Below, piece after piece: positions 50,101 through 59,182 of a stretch of DNA of 64,000 nt (within the stretch, counting starts at the first letter, position 1; the number at the start of each line of letters is the position of its first letter). Position numbers and translations under genes: made by a program. The stretch is taken from contig CAVSGM010000011.1 of NCBI GenBank assembly GCA_963727485.1, forward strand, positions 832,001 through 896,000. The letters run 5' to 3'. The stretch comes from an uncultured delta proteobacterium. Lineage in GTDB: Bacteria; Myxococcota; Myxococcia; SLRQ01. The notes under the pieces were generated by a model. The model was not told where the DNA came from. It did no database searches and saw only the letters and a list, made by a program, of their open reading frames with translations.

Positions 50101-51917
50101 GGGTGATGGTCGTCGACGACGAGCGGTTCTTCCGGGAGCTCTACACCGACGCCCTCGACCGGAGCACCGATCTCCAGATCGAGGCCTTCGGATCCGCCGA
50201 GGAGGCGCTCGCCCGCTTCGACCAGGGGGGCATCGACGCGGTGGTCTCCGACCTGGTGATGCCCGGCATGGGCGGCCTCGCCTTCGTCGCCGCCCTGCGC
50301 GATCGCGACCCGGACCTGCCGCTGGTCGTCGTCACCCAGCGCGAGGACGTGCGCCCGGCCGTCGAGGCCCTGCGCCTCGGGGTCAACGAGTACCTCCTCA
50401 AGCCGGTGGACCGGGAGATGCTGGTGGTCGCCGTGGAGCGGGCCGTGGAGGACACCGCGGTGCGCCGGGACCACCGGCGCCTCCAGGCCGCCCAGGCCGA
50501 GCACCTGCGCTCCGAGGAGGTCTACCGCGCCTGCCTCGACCTCCTCGACATCCTCGACGTCGACCAGCTCCAGGACCGGATCCTCGCCACCCTCACCCGC
50601 CTCACCGGCACCCAGGGTGCGGCCCTGTGGCTGGGCGACGGCCGGGGCGCCTATGCCCTCAAGGCCTTCAGCGGGGTCATCGACCAGGCCGCCGTCCCCG
50701 GCGCCCTCGACCTCGACGCCGACACCGCCCTGGCCCTGCGCCTCCGGGATCAGGCCGCCCACGTGGAGCAGGGCGCCGCCCTCTACCTGCCGCTGATCTC
50801 CGGGGGGCGGATCCTGGCGGTGGCGCTGGCGAGCGACAAGGTCGCCGGCGACTTCACCGACACCGACGTGGCGCTGGCCCGCACCGTGGGCGACTTCGCC
50901 GCCGTGGCCCTGCGCAACGCCCTGCGGGTCACCGGGCTGCAGAAGGTCGGCCTCCGGGACCGGGAGACCGCGGCCTACAACATCACCTACTTCATCGACT
51001 ACGCGGGCAAGGAGATCTACAAGGCCCGCCGCTACGGGCGGACCTTCAGCCTGGTGACCCTCCAGGTGGACAACCTCCACCTCCTCAAGCGCACCCTCTC
51101 CAACGAGGCCACGCGCACCGTGCACCGGGCCCTGGTCTCGGCGGTGCAGCGGGTGATCCGCGACTCGGACATCCTCGCCAAGGTCACCGACGACACCTTC
51201 TACCTGCTCCTCCCCGAGACCGACTTCTTCGGGGCCCTGATGTTCACCCGCCGGGCGCTCTCGGCCTTCGCCGCGGCCCCGGGGATAGCCAGGCTCTCGG
51301 TGCCCCCCTCGGTGGTCGTCGGCGCCGCCACCTACCCCCGGGACGGCGACGACTTCGACGATCTCCTCCAGGTCTGCCGCGCCCGGATGGACGAGGTGCG
51401 CCGGAGCCCCTACCGCCGCCTCCACCTCGAGGACGAGCCGTTCTGGGACCTGGTCGACACCCTGCTCCAGACCCCGGTGTCCGCCGTGGAGGAGGGCACG
51501 GCGGGCCGGCGCCTCGCCGCCATCCCGCCGCTCTTCGACACCATCCTCGCCGCCGCCGCCGTGGAGCTCCAGGCCGATCCCACCGCCCGGGGCCTGGTCT
51601 ACTACGGCGCCGGGGAGGTGGCCCCCGAGCTCCCACTCCTCGCCGCCCTCGACCCCACCCGCGAGGGGGCGGCCCGGGTCTACCTCCTGGGCCGCGCCGT
51701 CGAGGGGGGCCTCGACCACCCGGCGGTCACCGCGGTGCCCCTCCCCGACGAGGCCCGCCTCGACGGCCACCGCTTCCTCCTCTACCTCACCGAGCGCGCC
51801 GCCTACGCCTGGCTCGAGCAGGACGACGGGCTGGCCTACCACACCTCCGACGCCACCCTGGTGGAGGCCCTCGTGGCCCGCCTCCAGGAGGCCTACGACC
51901 TCCAGCGGCAGTACTGA
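50097..51917 (+). CDS. REC-GAF-degenerate GGDEF protein with DICT-like C-terminus
   Basis: REC (VDDE, SDLVMPG, KP), GAF, RDSD I-site, VTDDTF at the GGDEF position. Confidence 0.88.
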   Translation: MRVMVVDDERFFRELYTDALDRSTDLQIEAFGSAEEALARFDQGGIDAVVSDLVMPGMGGLAFVAALRDRDPDLPLVVVTQREDVRPAVEALRLGVNEYLLKPVDREMLVVAVERAVEDTAVRRDHRRLQAAQAEHLRSEEVYRACLDLLDILDVDQLQDRILATLTRLTGTQGAALWLGDGRGAYALKAFSGVIDQAAVPGALDLDADTALALRLRDQAAHVEQGAALYLPLISGGRILAVALASDKVAGDFTDTDVALARTVGDFAAVALRNALRVTGLQKVGLRDRETAAYNITYFIDYAGKEIYKARRYGRTFSLVTLQVDNLHLLKRTLSNEATRTVHRALVSAVQRVIRDSDILAKVTDDTFYLLLPETDFFGALMFTRRALSAFAAAPGIARLSVPPSVVVGAATYPRDGDDFDDLLQVCRARMDEVRRSPYRRLHLEDEPFWDLVDTLLQTPVSAVEEGTAGRRLAAIPPLFDTILAAAAVELQADPTARGLVYYGAGEVAPELPLLAALDPTREGAARVYLLGRAVEGGLDHPAVTAVPLPDEARLDGHRFLLYLTERAAYAWLEQDDGLAYHTSDATLVEALVARLQEAYDLQRQY

Positions 51918-53431
51918 TGCCCGAAGCGACCACCGGACGCGTCATCCTCCTCGCCGACCCCGACGCCGAGGCCACCCGCAGCCTCGCCGCGGCCCTGCGC
52001 GCCCGGGGCCACCGGGTGCTCTCGGTCCGCGACGGCTCCAAGGCCCTGGAGGTGGCGGTGATGCGGGTCCCGGACGTCGTCCTCTACGAGGTCGGCTGCC
52101 CCCTCATCGACCCGCGCACCTTCGCCGAGATCCTCCGGGCCAACCCCCGCACCGCGAGCATCCCGGTGGTGGTGGTGGGCCCGGACGAGACCGCCGACCG
52201 GGCCCGGGGGGGCTTCCGGGACGCGTTCATCCAGAAGCCCTTCAACGTCGACGAGGTCCTGGCGCGGATCCACCAGCTCTTCCGCCGGGCCGAGGCCGCC
52301 GAGGAGGTGAGGCGCGAGGGGAGCCTCAAGGGCGTCCTCGGCGAGGTGAGCCTCCCGGACCTCCTCCAGATGCTGGCGATGAACCGGCGCAGCGGCACCC
52401 TCCACCTCGCCGGAGCCGGGGCCGGGGTCGGAGCCGGGGCCAGGGACGACGACGCCGAGGCCGAGCTCCTCCTCCGGGAGGGGCGGGTCATCGACGCCCG
52501 GGTCGGCGCCGTCGACCGGGAGAAGGCCCTCTACCGGGTCCTGGGATGGCCCCGGGGCAGCTTCACCTTCAACCCGGGGATGCCGTCGGGGCCCGGGCGC
52601 ATCCACCTCTCCATGGACGAGGTCCTCCTCGAGGGGATGCGCCAGCAGGACGAGCTCGCCGCCCTCGAGGGCCGGGCCCCCCGGCGGGACGAGGTCCTGG
52701 CCCTCACCGTCGACCTCGCCCGGCTCCCGGAGGGCCTCCACCCGGTCACCGAGGAGGTCCTCGGCCTCCTCGAGCTCTTCCGCACCGCCGGCGAGGTGGT
52801 GGACAACGCCAAGGCCACCGACCTCGAGGCCATGCGGGCCCTGACCACCCTGGTGGAGCGGGGGATGGTCCGGGTCCTGGGGCGCGCCCCGGCCGAGGGC
52901 GGGGGCCGCCGCCTGGTCGCCCCGGAGGTCGCCTACGCCCTCCACGGCCGCGAGGGGAGCCGGGCCACGGGCCGCCGGCAGGCGACCTTGCGCCTGGTGG
53001 TCTCCGCCGCGTCCCCCGGGGACCTGCGGCGCCTGGTCACCGACCTCGCGGAGATCGAGGGCTGGAAGCCCGAGGCCTCGGGCCACGTCCTCGAGGTGGG
53101 CCTGGGGGCCCTCGGGACCCTGCGCCTCACCGAGGTCCTGGAGGTCGAGCTCATGGCCGTCCCCGCGGACGACAGCCTCTCGCCCCTGTGGCGCCCCTTC
53201 GGGGCCGCGGCCGCCGGCGGCCTGGTCCTCGCCGAGGGGCCCGGGGGCGCCGACGCGGTGGGGCCGCTTGCCCGGTGGCTGGTCGCGGCCGGGCGCCCGG
53301 TGGCGGTGGTGGGCGCCGATCCGGCGCAGGTGGCCGAGGGCGACGGGGTGGTGGGCGCCGACCGGCCCGGGGCGGGCCTCGCCCGGCTCCTCGAGCGGGT
53401 GGCCCGGGCCGCGGGCCGGCGGGCCGCCTAG
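51917..53431 (+). CDS. Pseudo-receiver plus DUF4388-type domain protein
   Basis: REC with Glu at the phospho-Asp position (VVLYEVG), LKGVLGEVSLPDLLQMLAMNRRSGTL, LLEGMRQQDE; TGATG coupling. Confidence 0.85.
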   Translation: MPEATTGRVILLADPDAEATRSLAAALRARGHRVLSVRDGSKALEVAVMRVPDVVLYEVGCPLIDPRTFAEILRANPRTASIPVVVVGPDETADRARGGFRDAFIQKPFNVDEVLARIHQLFRRAEAAEEVRREGSLKGVLGEVSLPDLLQMLAMNRRSGTLHLAGAGAGVGAGARDDDAEAELLLREGRVIDARVGAVDREKALYRVLGWPRGSFTFNPGMPSGPGRIHLSMDEVLLEGMRQQDELAALEGRAPRRDEVLALTVDLARLPEGLHPVTEEVLGLLELFRTAGEVVDNAKATDLEAMRALTTLVERGMVRVLGRAPAEGGGRRLVAPEVAYALHGREGSRATGRRQATLRLVVSAASPGDLRRLVTDLAEIEGWKPEASGHVLEVGLGALGTLRLTEVLEVELMAVPADDSLSPLWRPFGAAAAGGLVLAEGPGGADAVGPLARWLVAAGRPVAVVGADPAQVAEGDGVVGADRPGAGLARLLERVARAAGRRAA

Positions 53432-53453
53432 GCGAGCCCGAAGGGCCGGGGGC

Positions 53454-53795
53454 CTACCCCTCGGTGGCCCCGGCGTCCCGGAGCAGGGGCCCGAGGCGCG
53501 GGGAGTCGAGGAGGAGGTCGAACTCCTCCCGGGAGAGCCAGGTGGTCCGGGAGGCCCGGACGTCGGGGAGGTCGATCTGGACCCGCACCGCCCCGCTCTC
53601 GGCGCAGCGCTCCACCGACACCGACCGGGGCCGGGCGTCGTCGAGGAGGTCCGCCTCCAGGCTCTCGAGCTGGCGGTGGATCCGCAGCGCCCGCCGGCCC
53701 TCGGGGGCCGAGAAGGTCGCGTAGTGCCGGTTGCGCGAGAGGGGCGCGCCCGGAGCCCGGAGCCGTCGCACGATGCGGTACACGAGGCGGTTCAC
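53454..53795 (-). CDS. Hypothetical protein
   Basis: GTG start 6 nt after TGCTATCTT; PLSRNRHYATF...RTTWLSREEFDLL; fills the gap between plus-strand genes. Confidence 0.7.
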   Translation of the reverse strand: MNRLVYRIVRRLRAPGAPLSRNRHYATFSAPEGRRALRIHRQLESLEADLLDDARPRSVSVERCAESGAVRVQIDLPDVRASRTTWLSREEFDLLLDSPRLGPLLRDAGATEG

Positions 53796-53891
53796 GCCCC
53801 GAAGATAGCACCGGGTCCCGGCCCCGGGCCACGGCTGGGGGCGTCCCCCCCGTGGTTGCCCGAGCGGGGTGGGGCAGGTAGAACGGGGACC

Positions 53892-55226
53892 GTGCGGGCC
53901 AGAAGACTCCTCGTCGTCGCCCTCGCGGCGCTCCTCCTCGGCGGCTGCAACCAGGTGAAGGACCTCCTGGGGATGGGGCCGACCCCGGCCGAGCAGGCCA
54001 AGACGGCGATCCACCAGGGCGACGCCGCCCTCACCGCCCAGCGCTACGACGCCGCCGAGGCCGCCTACAAGAAGGTGCTGCGCCTCAAGCCCCGCGACCC
54101 CCGGGCCACCTATGGCCTGGCGCTGGTCTACTCGGGCCGGGGCGAGGAGGCCCGGGCCACCCTCGAGCTCCAGCAGGTGGTGTTCCTGGCCCCCAGGAAC
54201 CCGGCGCCCCGGGTGACCCTGGGCGAGCTCTACCTGCGCATCGGCCACCCGAACCTCGCCGCCAAGGCCTTCCGGGACGCCGCCCGCCTCGACCCCTCGG
54301 ACTACGGGGTCAAGGAGCAGCTCATCCGGTCCCTGCTCCGCGCCGGCGACCTCGACGAGGCGGCGCGCCTCGCCGGGAGCCTCTACGACGCCAAGCCCAC
54401 CGACGACGCGGTGCGCGCGGTCCACGCCCTGGTCCTCGCCGCCCAGGGGAAGGCCCAGGCGGCCCGGCCCATCCTCGAGGCCGCCGCCAAGGACTCCCCG
54501 GGCCCGGGCCCGGCCCGGGACCTGGGGCGCTTCCTCCTCCAGCAGGACGACGCCGCCGGGGCCGCCGACGCCTTCCGCCTCGCGGTGAAGAAGGGCGGCA
54601 AGGACCCGGTCACCGTGCGGCTCCTCGCCGCGGCCCTCATCGAAGCCAGCCGGCCCTCCGAGGCCGCCGACGCCCTGGCCCCCCTGGTCAAGCAGCGCCC
54701 CAAGGACGCGGTGACCCTCGCCGCCTACTCCCGGGCGCTCGTCGCCGGGGGGCGCAACGACGCCGCCCTCGACGCCGCCCAGAAGGCCGTCGCCCTCGAC
54801 CCCAAGCTCGCCGACGCCCACCTCGCCCGGGGCGAGGCCCTCGAGGCCAAGGGGAGTCTCGACGCCGCGGTGGGCGCCTACGACGCGGCGGCCACCGACG
54901 CCCCCGGCGACATCGAGGTCTACCGGCGCCAGGCGGGCCTCTTCGAGAAGCTGGGCCGCGACTCCGACGCCATCGACGCCCTGCGCCGGCTGGTCTCCAT
55001 CGATCCCGCCGACAAGCGCGGGCAGCGCTCCCTGGCCGAGCTCTACGCCAAGAGCCCGGACCACGCCGAGGACGGCCTGCGCATCGTCCGCCACCTGCTG
55101 GAGGAGGACCCGGGGACGCCGGCGCTGCTCACCCTCAAGCACACCCTCGAGGAGCAGGCGCGCAAGGCGCCCCGACATCGGGCGGAGGAGCACCACGGCG
55201 TGGTGATCATGCGCGGCGGGCACTGA
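53892..55226 (+). CDS. TPR-repeat lipoprotein
   Basis: Lipobox LLLGGC; about 10 TPR-like repeats. Confidence 0.88.
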   Translation: MRARRLLVVALAALLLGGCNQVKDLLGMGPTPAEQAKTAIHQGDAALTAQRYDAAEAAYKKVLRLKPRDPRATYGLALVYSGRGEEARATLELQQVVFLAPRNPAPRVTLGELYLRIGHPNLAAKAFRDAARLDPSDYGVKEQLIRSLLRAGDLDEAARLAGSLYDAKPTDDAVRAVHALVLAAQGKAQAARPILEAAAKDSPGPGPARDLGRFLLQQDDAAGAADAFRLAVKKGGKDPVTVRLLAAALIEASRPSEAADALAPLVKQRPKDAVTLAAYSRALVAGGRNDAALDAAQKAVALDPKLADAHLARGEALEAKGSLDAAVGAYDAAATDAPGDIEVYRRQAGLFEKLGRDSDAIDALRRLVSIDPADKRGQRSLAELYAKSPDHAEDGLRIVRHLLEEDPGTPALLTLKHTLEEQARKAPRHRAEEHHGVVIMRGGH

Positions 55227-55268
55227 CCGGGCGCCGGGGCCGGCCAGGTGCCTCCGCCCCGGCCGGCT

Positions 55269-56555
55269 TCACCCCCGCCGGTGCATCCACCGGCCCCCCT
55301 CGAGGGCCCGGCGCGTCTGGGTCGCCGAGGGGTGGCCCACCACCACCGCCACCATCCGGTCCTGGCGCAGCCAGGTCGAGGCGACCCGGTGGACGTCCTC
55401 GGCGGTGACCGCCTCCACCGCGGCGACCCGGGCCTCGAGGTCCAGGGGCCCGTGGACCATCTCACCCTCGCCGAACCACCCGGCGAGGTCGGTGACCGAG
55501 TCGGCCATGAACTCCAGGCCGAAGCGGTGCCGCGCCCGGGCGCGCTCGAGCTCGTCGGTGTCGGGGGGCGCGGCGCCGAGGTCGCCGAGGATCCCGAAGA
55601 GGGTCTCCACCAGCTCCGGGACGTTCTTCGGGGCCACGGTGGCGTCGAGCTCCAGGAGGCCGGCGTCGGTGAAGGTCTCGAGCTCGGCGCCCACCGAGTA
55701 GGCGAGCCCGGTCTGCTCCACCACCCGGCGCTGGAGCCTCGAGGCGAGGCCGTCGTCGAGGATCCGGTGGAGGACCAGGAGCACCGGGAAGTCCGGGTGG
55801 GCCTCGGGGACCGCCGGGAAGGTGAGGCGCAGCCAGGTCTGGCTCTCCTCGTGGTCGACCAGGCGGATCACCGGCTCCGGGGGGAAGGCCGGCGCCGGCG
55901 GGGAGGTGGCGACCTCGCCCCGGGGGAGGCTCCCGAAGGCCTCGCTCGCGGCGTCGACCACCGCCGCGCGCTCCACCGGCCCGGCGACCACCACCGCGAG
56001 GTTGGCGGCGCCGTAGCTCTTCGCGTGGTGGGCCCGGAGGTCCGCCTCGGTGAGCCGGGAGACGGTGCGGTCGGTGCCGGCGATGGGCATCCCCAGGGGG
56101 TGGCCTTCGAAGACCACGGCCTTGGAGAGGGTGTCCACGTCGATGACCCGCCCGTCCTCGTCGACCTCGTCGAGGATCTCCTCGCGGATCACCCGGCGCT
56201 CGAGGTCCACCTCCTTGATCAGGGGCGCCCCGAGCATGGCCCCGGTGACCGCCAGGGCCTGGGCCACCCCCGAGGGGTGGACGGTGGCGTAGTAGCACCC
56301 GTGGTCCCGGGCGGTGACGGCGTTGAGGCTGCCGCCGACCCGCTCGAGGACGGTGTTGAGGACGGCCGAGTCGGGGAAGCGCTCGCAGCCCCGGAAGAAG
56401 ATGTGCTCCAGGAAGTGGGAGACGCCGTTGACCTTCGGGGTCTCGTGGCGCGAGCCGGTGCCCACGTACACGGCGACCATCGCCGAGTGGAGGTGGGGGG
56501 CGGGGACGGTGATGACCCGCAGGCCGTTGTCGAGGACGTCGCGGTGGGCGCGCAT
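55269..56555 (-). CDS. M16 (pitrilysin) family zinc peptidase
   Basis: GSRHE, GVSHFLEHIFFRG (HxxEH), ERRVIREE, GLAY. Confidence 0.93.
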   Translation of the reverse strand: MRAHRDVLDNGLRVITVPAPHLHSAMVAVYVGTGSRHETPKVNGVSHFLEHIFFRGCERFPDSAVLNTVLERVGGSLNAVTARDHGCYYATVHPSGVAQALAVTGAMLGAPLIKEVDLERRVIREEILDEVDEDGRVIDVDTLSKAVVFEGHPLGMPIAGTDRTVSRLTEADLRAHHAKSYGAANLAVVVAGPVERAAVVDAASEAFGSLPRGEVATSPPAPAFPPEPVIRLVDHEESQTWLRLTFPAVPEAHPDFPVLLVLHRILDDGLASRLQRRVVEQTGLAYSVGAELETFTDAGLLELDATVAPKNVPELVETLFGILGDLGAAPPDTDELERARARHRFGLEFMADSVTDLAGWFGEGEMVHGPLDLEARVAAVEAVTAEDVHRVASTWLRQDRMVAVVVGHPSATQTRRALEGGRWMHRRG

Positions 56556-56576
56556 GAGGGAGCCGGAGGCGGCGAT

Positions 56577-57386
56577 CTACGCCGGGTCCGCGTCGGGTGC
56601 AACGGGGGCGCCGACCACCGGGAGGTCGAAGCGCACGGTGGTGCCCTCGCCGACCCGGCTCTCGATGGTGACCTCGCCGCCGTGGGCCTCGATGATCCGG
56701 CGGACGATGGCCAGCCCGGCGCCGATCCCGCCGAAGGCCCGGGTGGGGGAGCCGTCGACCTGGTAGAAGGGCTCGAAGACCCGGGCCAGCTCCGCCTCGG
56801 GGATGCCCATCCCGGTGTCGGCGACCGCGACGACCACCCGATCCCGGCCGGGGTCGTGCCGGGCCTCGAGGCGGACGGTGCGCCCGGGCGGGGTGAACTT
56901 CAGGGCGTTCTTCACCAGGTTCTCGAGGACGATGCGCACCAGGCGCCGGTCGGCCCGGACCTGGGGGAGGCCGGGGGGGACGTCCTCCTCGACCCGGAGC
57001 GACTTCTCGTCGAGGTGGAGGCGGTAGTCGTCGAGGACCCGGTGCGCCACCGTCCCCACCGCGAAGGGCTCCATGAACGGCTGGATGGCGTCGACCTGGA
57101 GGCGGCTGAGGTTGAGCAGGTCGTCGATGAGGGACGAGAGCCGCAGGGCGTTGCGCAGCACCACCTCCAGGGCCCGGGCGAGCTCGTCGGGGAGCTCGCC
57201 GAGCTCGCGGCCGCTGGCCATCTCCACGTAGCCGATGATGGTCACCAGGGGGGTCCGCAGCTCGTGGGAGACGTTGGAGAGGATCTGGCTCCGGGCGGCG
57301 TCGAGGGTCTTGAGGGCCCGGTTGGCTTCCTCGAGCTCCCGGGCGTAGGCCTCGAGGTCGGCGGGGGGCTTTCGGGCGTCGGTCAT
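56577..57386 (-). CDS. Cytoplasmic histidine kinase lacking a sensor domain
   Basis: SHELRTPL, NALKFT, DTGMGI, FYQVD, GAGLAI. Confidence 0.92.
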   Translation of the reverse strand: MTDARKPPADLEAYARELEEANRALKTLDAARSQILSNVSHELRTPLVTIIGYVEMASGRELGELPDELARALEVVLRNALRLSSLIDDLLNLSRLQVDAIQPFMEPFAVGTVAHRVLDDYRLHLDEKSLRVEEDVPPGLPQVRADRRLVRIVLENLVKNALKFTPPGRTVRLEARHDPGRDRVVVAVADTGMGIPEAELARVFEPFYQVDGSPTRAFGGIGAGLAIVRRIIEAHGGEVTIESRVGEGTTVRFDLPVVGAPVAPDADPA

Positions 57387-59020
57387 CGGGCACCTCCCCC
57401 CAGGGCGGTGGCGGGATCTCCGGCTTCCACCGGGATCGGGTCATCGGGTCCGGCGGCCGGGCGCGCCGGGGCGGCGGCCCGGGGCAGCTCGATGCGGAAG
57501 CGGGTGCCGGCGCCGAGCTCGCTCTCGCAGCGGATGGTCCCCTGGTGCTCGGCGACGATCTGCTGGGTGAGGGCGAGGCCGAGGCCGGTGCCCCGCTCCT
57601 TGGTGGAGTAGAAGGGGTCGAAGATGCGCTCCCGGTCCGCGTCGGGGATCCCGGGGCCGGTGTCGGCGACCGAGACCGCCACCCGGTCGTCGCCTGCGGC
57701 CTCGGCGCGGACGGTGAGGGTGCCGCCGCCGGCCATGGCCTCCCGGGCGTTGCGCAGGAGGTTGAGGAGCGCCCGGCGCAGCTGCCCCTCGTCGGCGAGG
57801 ACGAAGAGCCCCGCGTCGATCTCCGGGACCACGGTGATGCCCGCGGCGCCCAGCTCCCCGGCGGTGAAGGAGAGCACGCCTCGGACCAGGGCCCCGAGGT
57901 CCTCGGTGGCCAGCGCCGGCCGGGGCATCCGGGCGAAGCGCAGGTACTCCTCGGTGATGTCGGTGAGCCGGTCGACCTCCTTGGCGATGGCGGCGAGCAG
58001 CGCCCGGGCCTCCTCGGCGTGGGCCGGGTCGTCGAAGCGGGCGGCGGTGAGCTCGTCGGCCATGAGCTCGGCGTTGAGGCCGATGGAGGAGAGGGGGTTT
58101 CGGATCTCGTGGGAGACCTGGGCGGCCATCCGGCCCACGGCGGCGAGGCGCTCGGCGCGCAGCAGGGCGGTGCGCTTGGCGTCGAGCTCGGCCTCCCGGT
58201 CGGCGAGGCCCCGGGCCATGGCGTTGAACTCCCGGGCGAGATCGCCGACCTCGTCGTCGGAGTGGACCTCCACCCGGCGCTGGTAGTTCCCCCGGCGCAC
58301 GTCGGCGACGCCCTCGGTGAGGCGGCGCACCGGCCGGAGGGTCCGCTGGACGAAGACGGTGACGAACAGCGCCACCAGGACCGCGAAGAGGGACAGGCCC
58401 ATGATCGCCAGCGCCGCCCGATCCTCCTCGGTCTGGGCCCGGGTCACCTGCTCGCCGACCTTCAGGTCGAGGGTGCGGCCGAGCTCCTTGAGCTCCCGGC
58501 CCACCCGGCGCTCCATCCGGCGCAGGGCGCCGGTGCGGGTGGCGAGGCGCGGATCGGCGGTCTTCCCCCGGCTGGCCTCGAGGGCGGCGTAGAGGTTGTC
58601 GGCGGCCTGGTCATAGCCGTCGTAGAGCTTCTCGAGGCGCGCGAGGCGCAGGTCCACCTCGTCGAGGTAGGCGGCCTCGGCGGGCCCGGCTGCCAGCGAC
58701 CGGCCCCGGCGCGCCAGCTTCCGGCCCAGCGCCAGCTTCTCCCGGACCAGCTTGGGGTAGCGCAGGCGGAAGAGGGTGATGAGGGTGGTCTGCATCCGCC
58801 GGTCCTGCTCCAGGAGGAGCGTGGTGTCCCGGCCCCGCTGCTCCTGGTAGCTCTCGAGCTGGGTCGCCACCTGGGTGAGGGGCAGGTAGGTCCCGGTGAT
58901 GAGCTCGAGCTCCCGGCCGATGGCCCGGAGGTGGACCACCGAGTAGATGGACACCAGGCCGAAGGTCACCACGACCACGGCGAGGCCCAGGAAGATCTTG
59001 GTGGTCACCGAGAGCCGCAC
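57383..59020 (-). CDS. Membrane HAMP sensor histidine kinase
   Basis: Two TMs, helical periplasmic domain, HAMP (DEVGDLAREFNAM), SHEIRNPL, GTGLGL. Confidence 0.92.
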   Translation of the reverse strand: MRLSVTTKIFLGLAVVVVTFGLVSIYSVVHLRAIGRELELITGTYLPLTQVATQLESYQEQRGRDTTLLLEQDRRMQTTLITLFRLRYPKLVREKLALGRKLARRGRSLAAGPAEAAYLDEVDLRLARLEKLYDGYDQAADNLYAALEASRGKTADPRLATRTGALRRMERRVGRELKELGRTLDLKVGEQVTRAQTEEDRAALAIMGLSLFAVLVALFVTVFVQRTLRPVRRLTEGVADVRRGNYQRRVEVHSDDEVGDLAREFNAMARGLADREAELDAKRTALLRAERLAAVGRMAAQVSHEIRNPLSSIGLNAELMADELTAARFDDPAHAEEARALLAAIAKEVDRLTDITEEYLRFARMPRPALATEDLGALVRGVLSFTAGELGAAGITVVPEIDAGLFVLADEGQLRRALLNLLRNAREAMAGGGTLTVRAEAAGDDRVAVSVADTGPGIPDADRERIFDPFYSTKERGTGLGLALTQQIVAEHQGTIRCESELGAGTRFRIELPRAAAPARPAAGPDDPIPVEAGDPATALGGGAR

Positions 59021-59182
59021 GGCCCGTAGGCTACACCCCGGGCGCCCCGCCTGCACCCGGTGCCGACCGTGCCAGGAGGTGAGGTAACTCCGCGTCACCA
59101 TTGGAGGTCGTCTTGACCCCCCGAAATGGCGCGTGCTAGCGTCCCGGGTTTGTTCAACTGCCCCTGTCGCCTGGTGTCCCAC

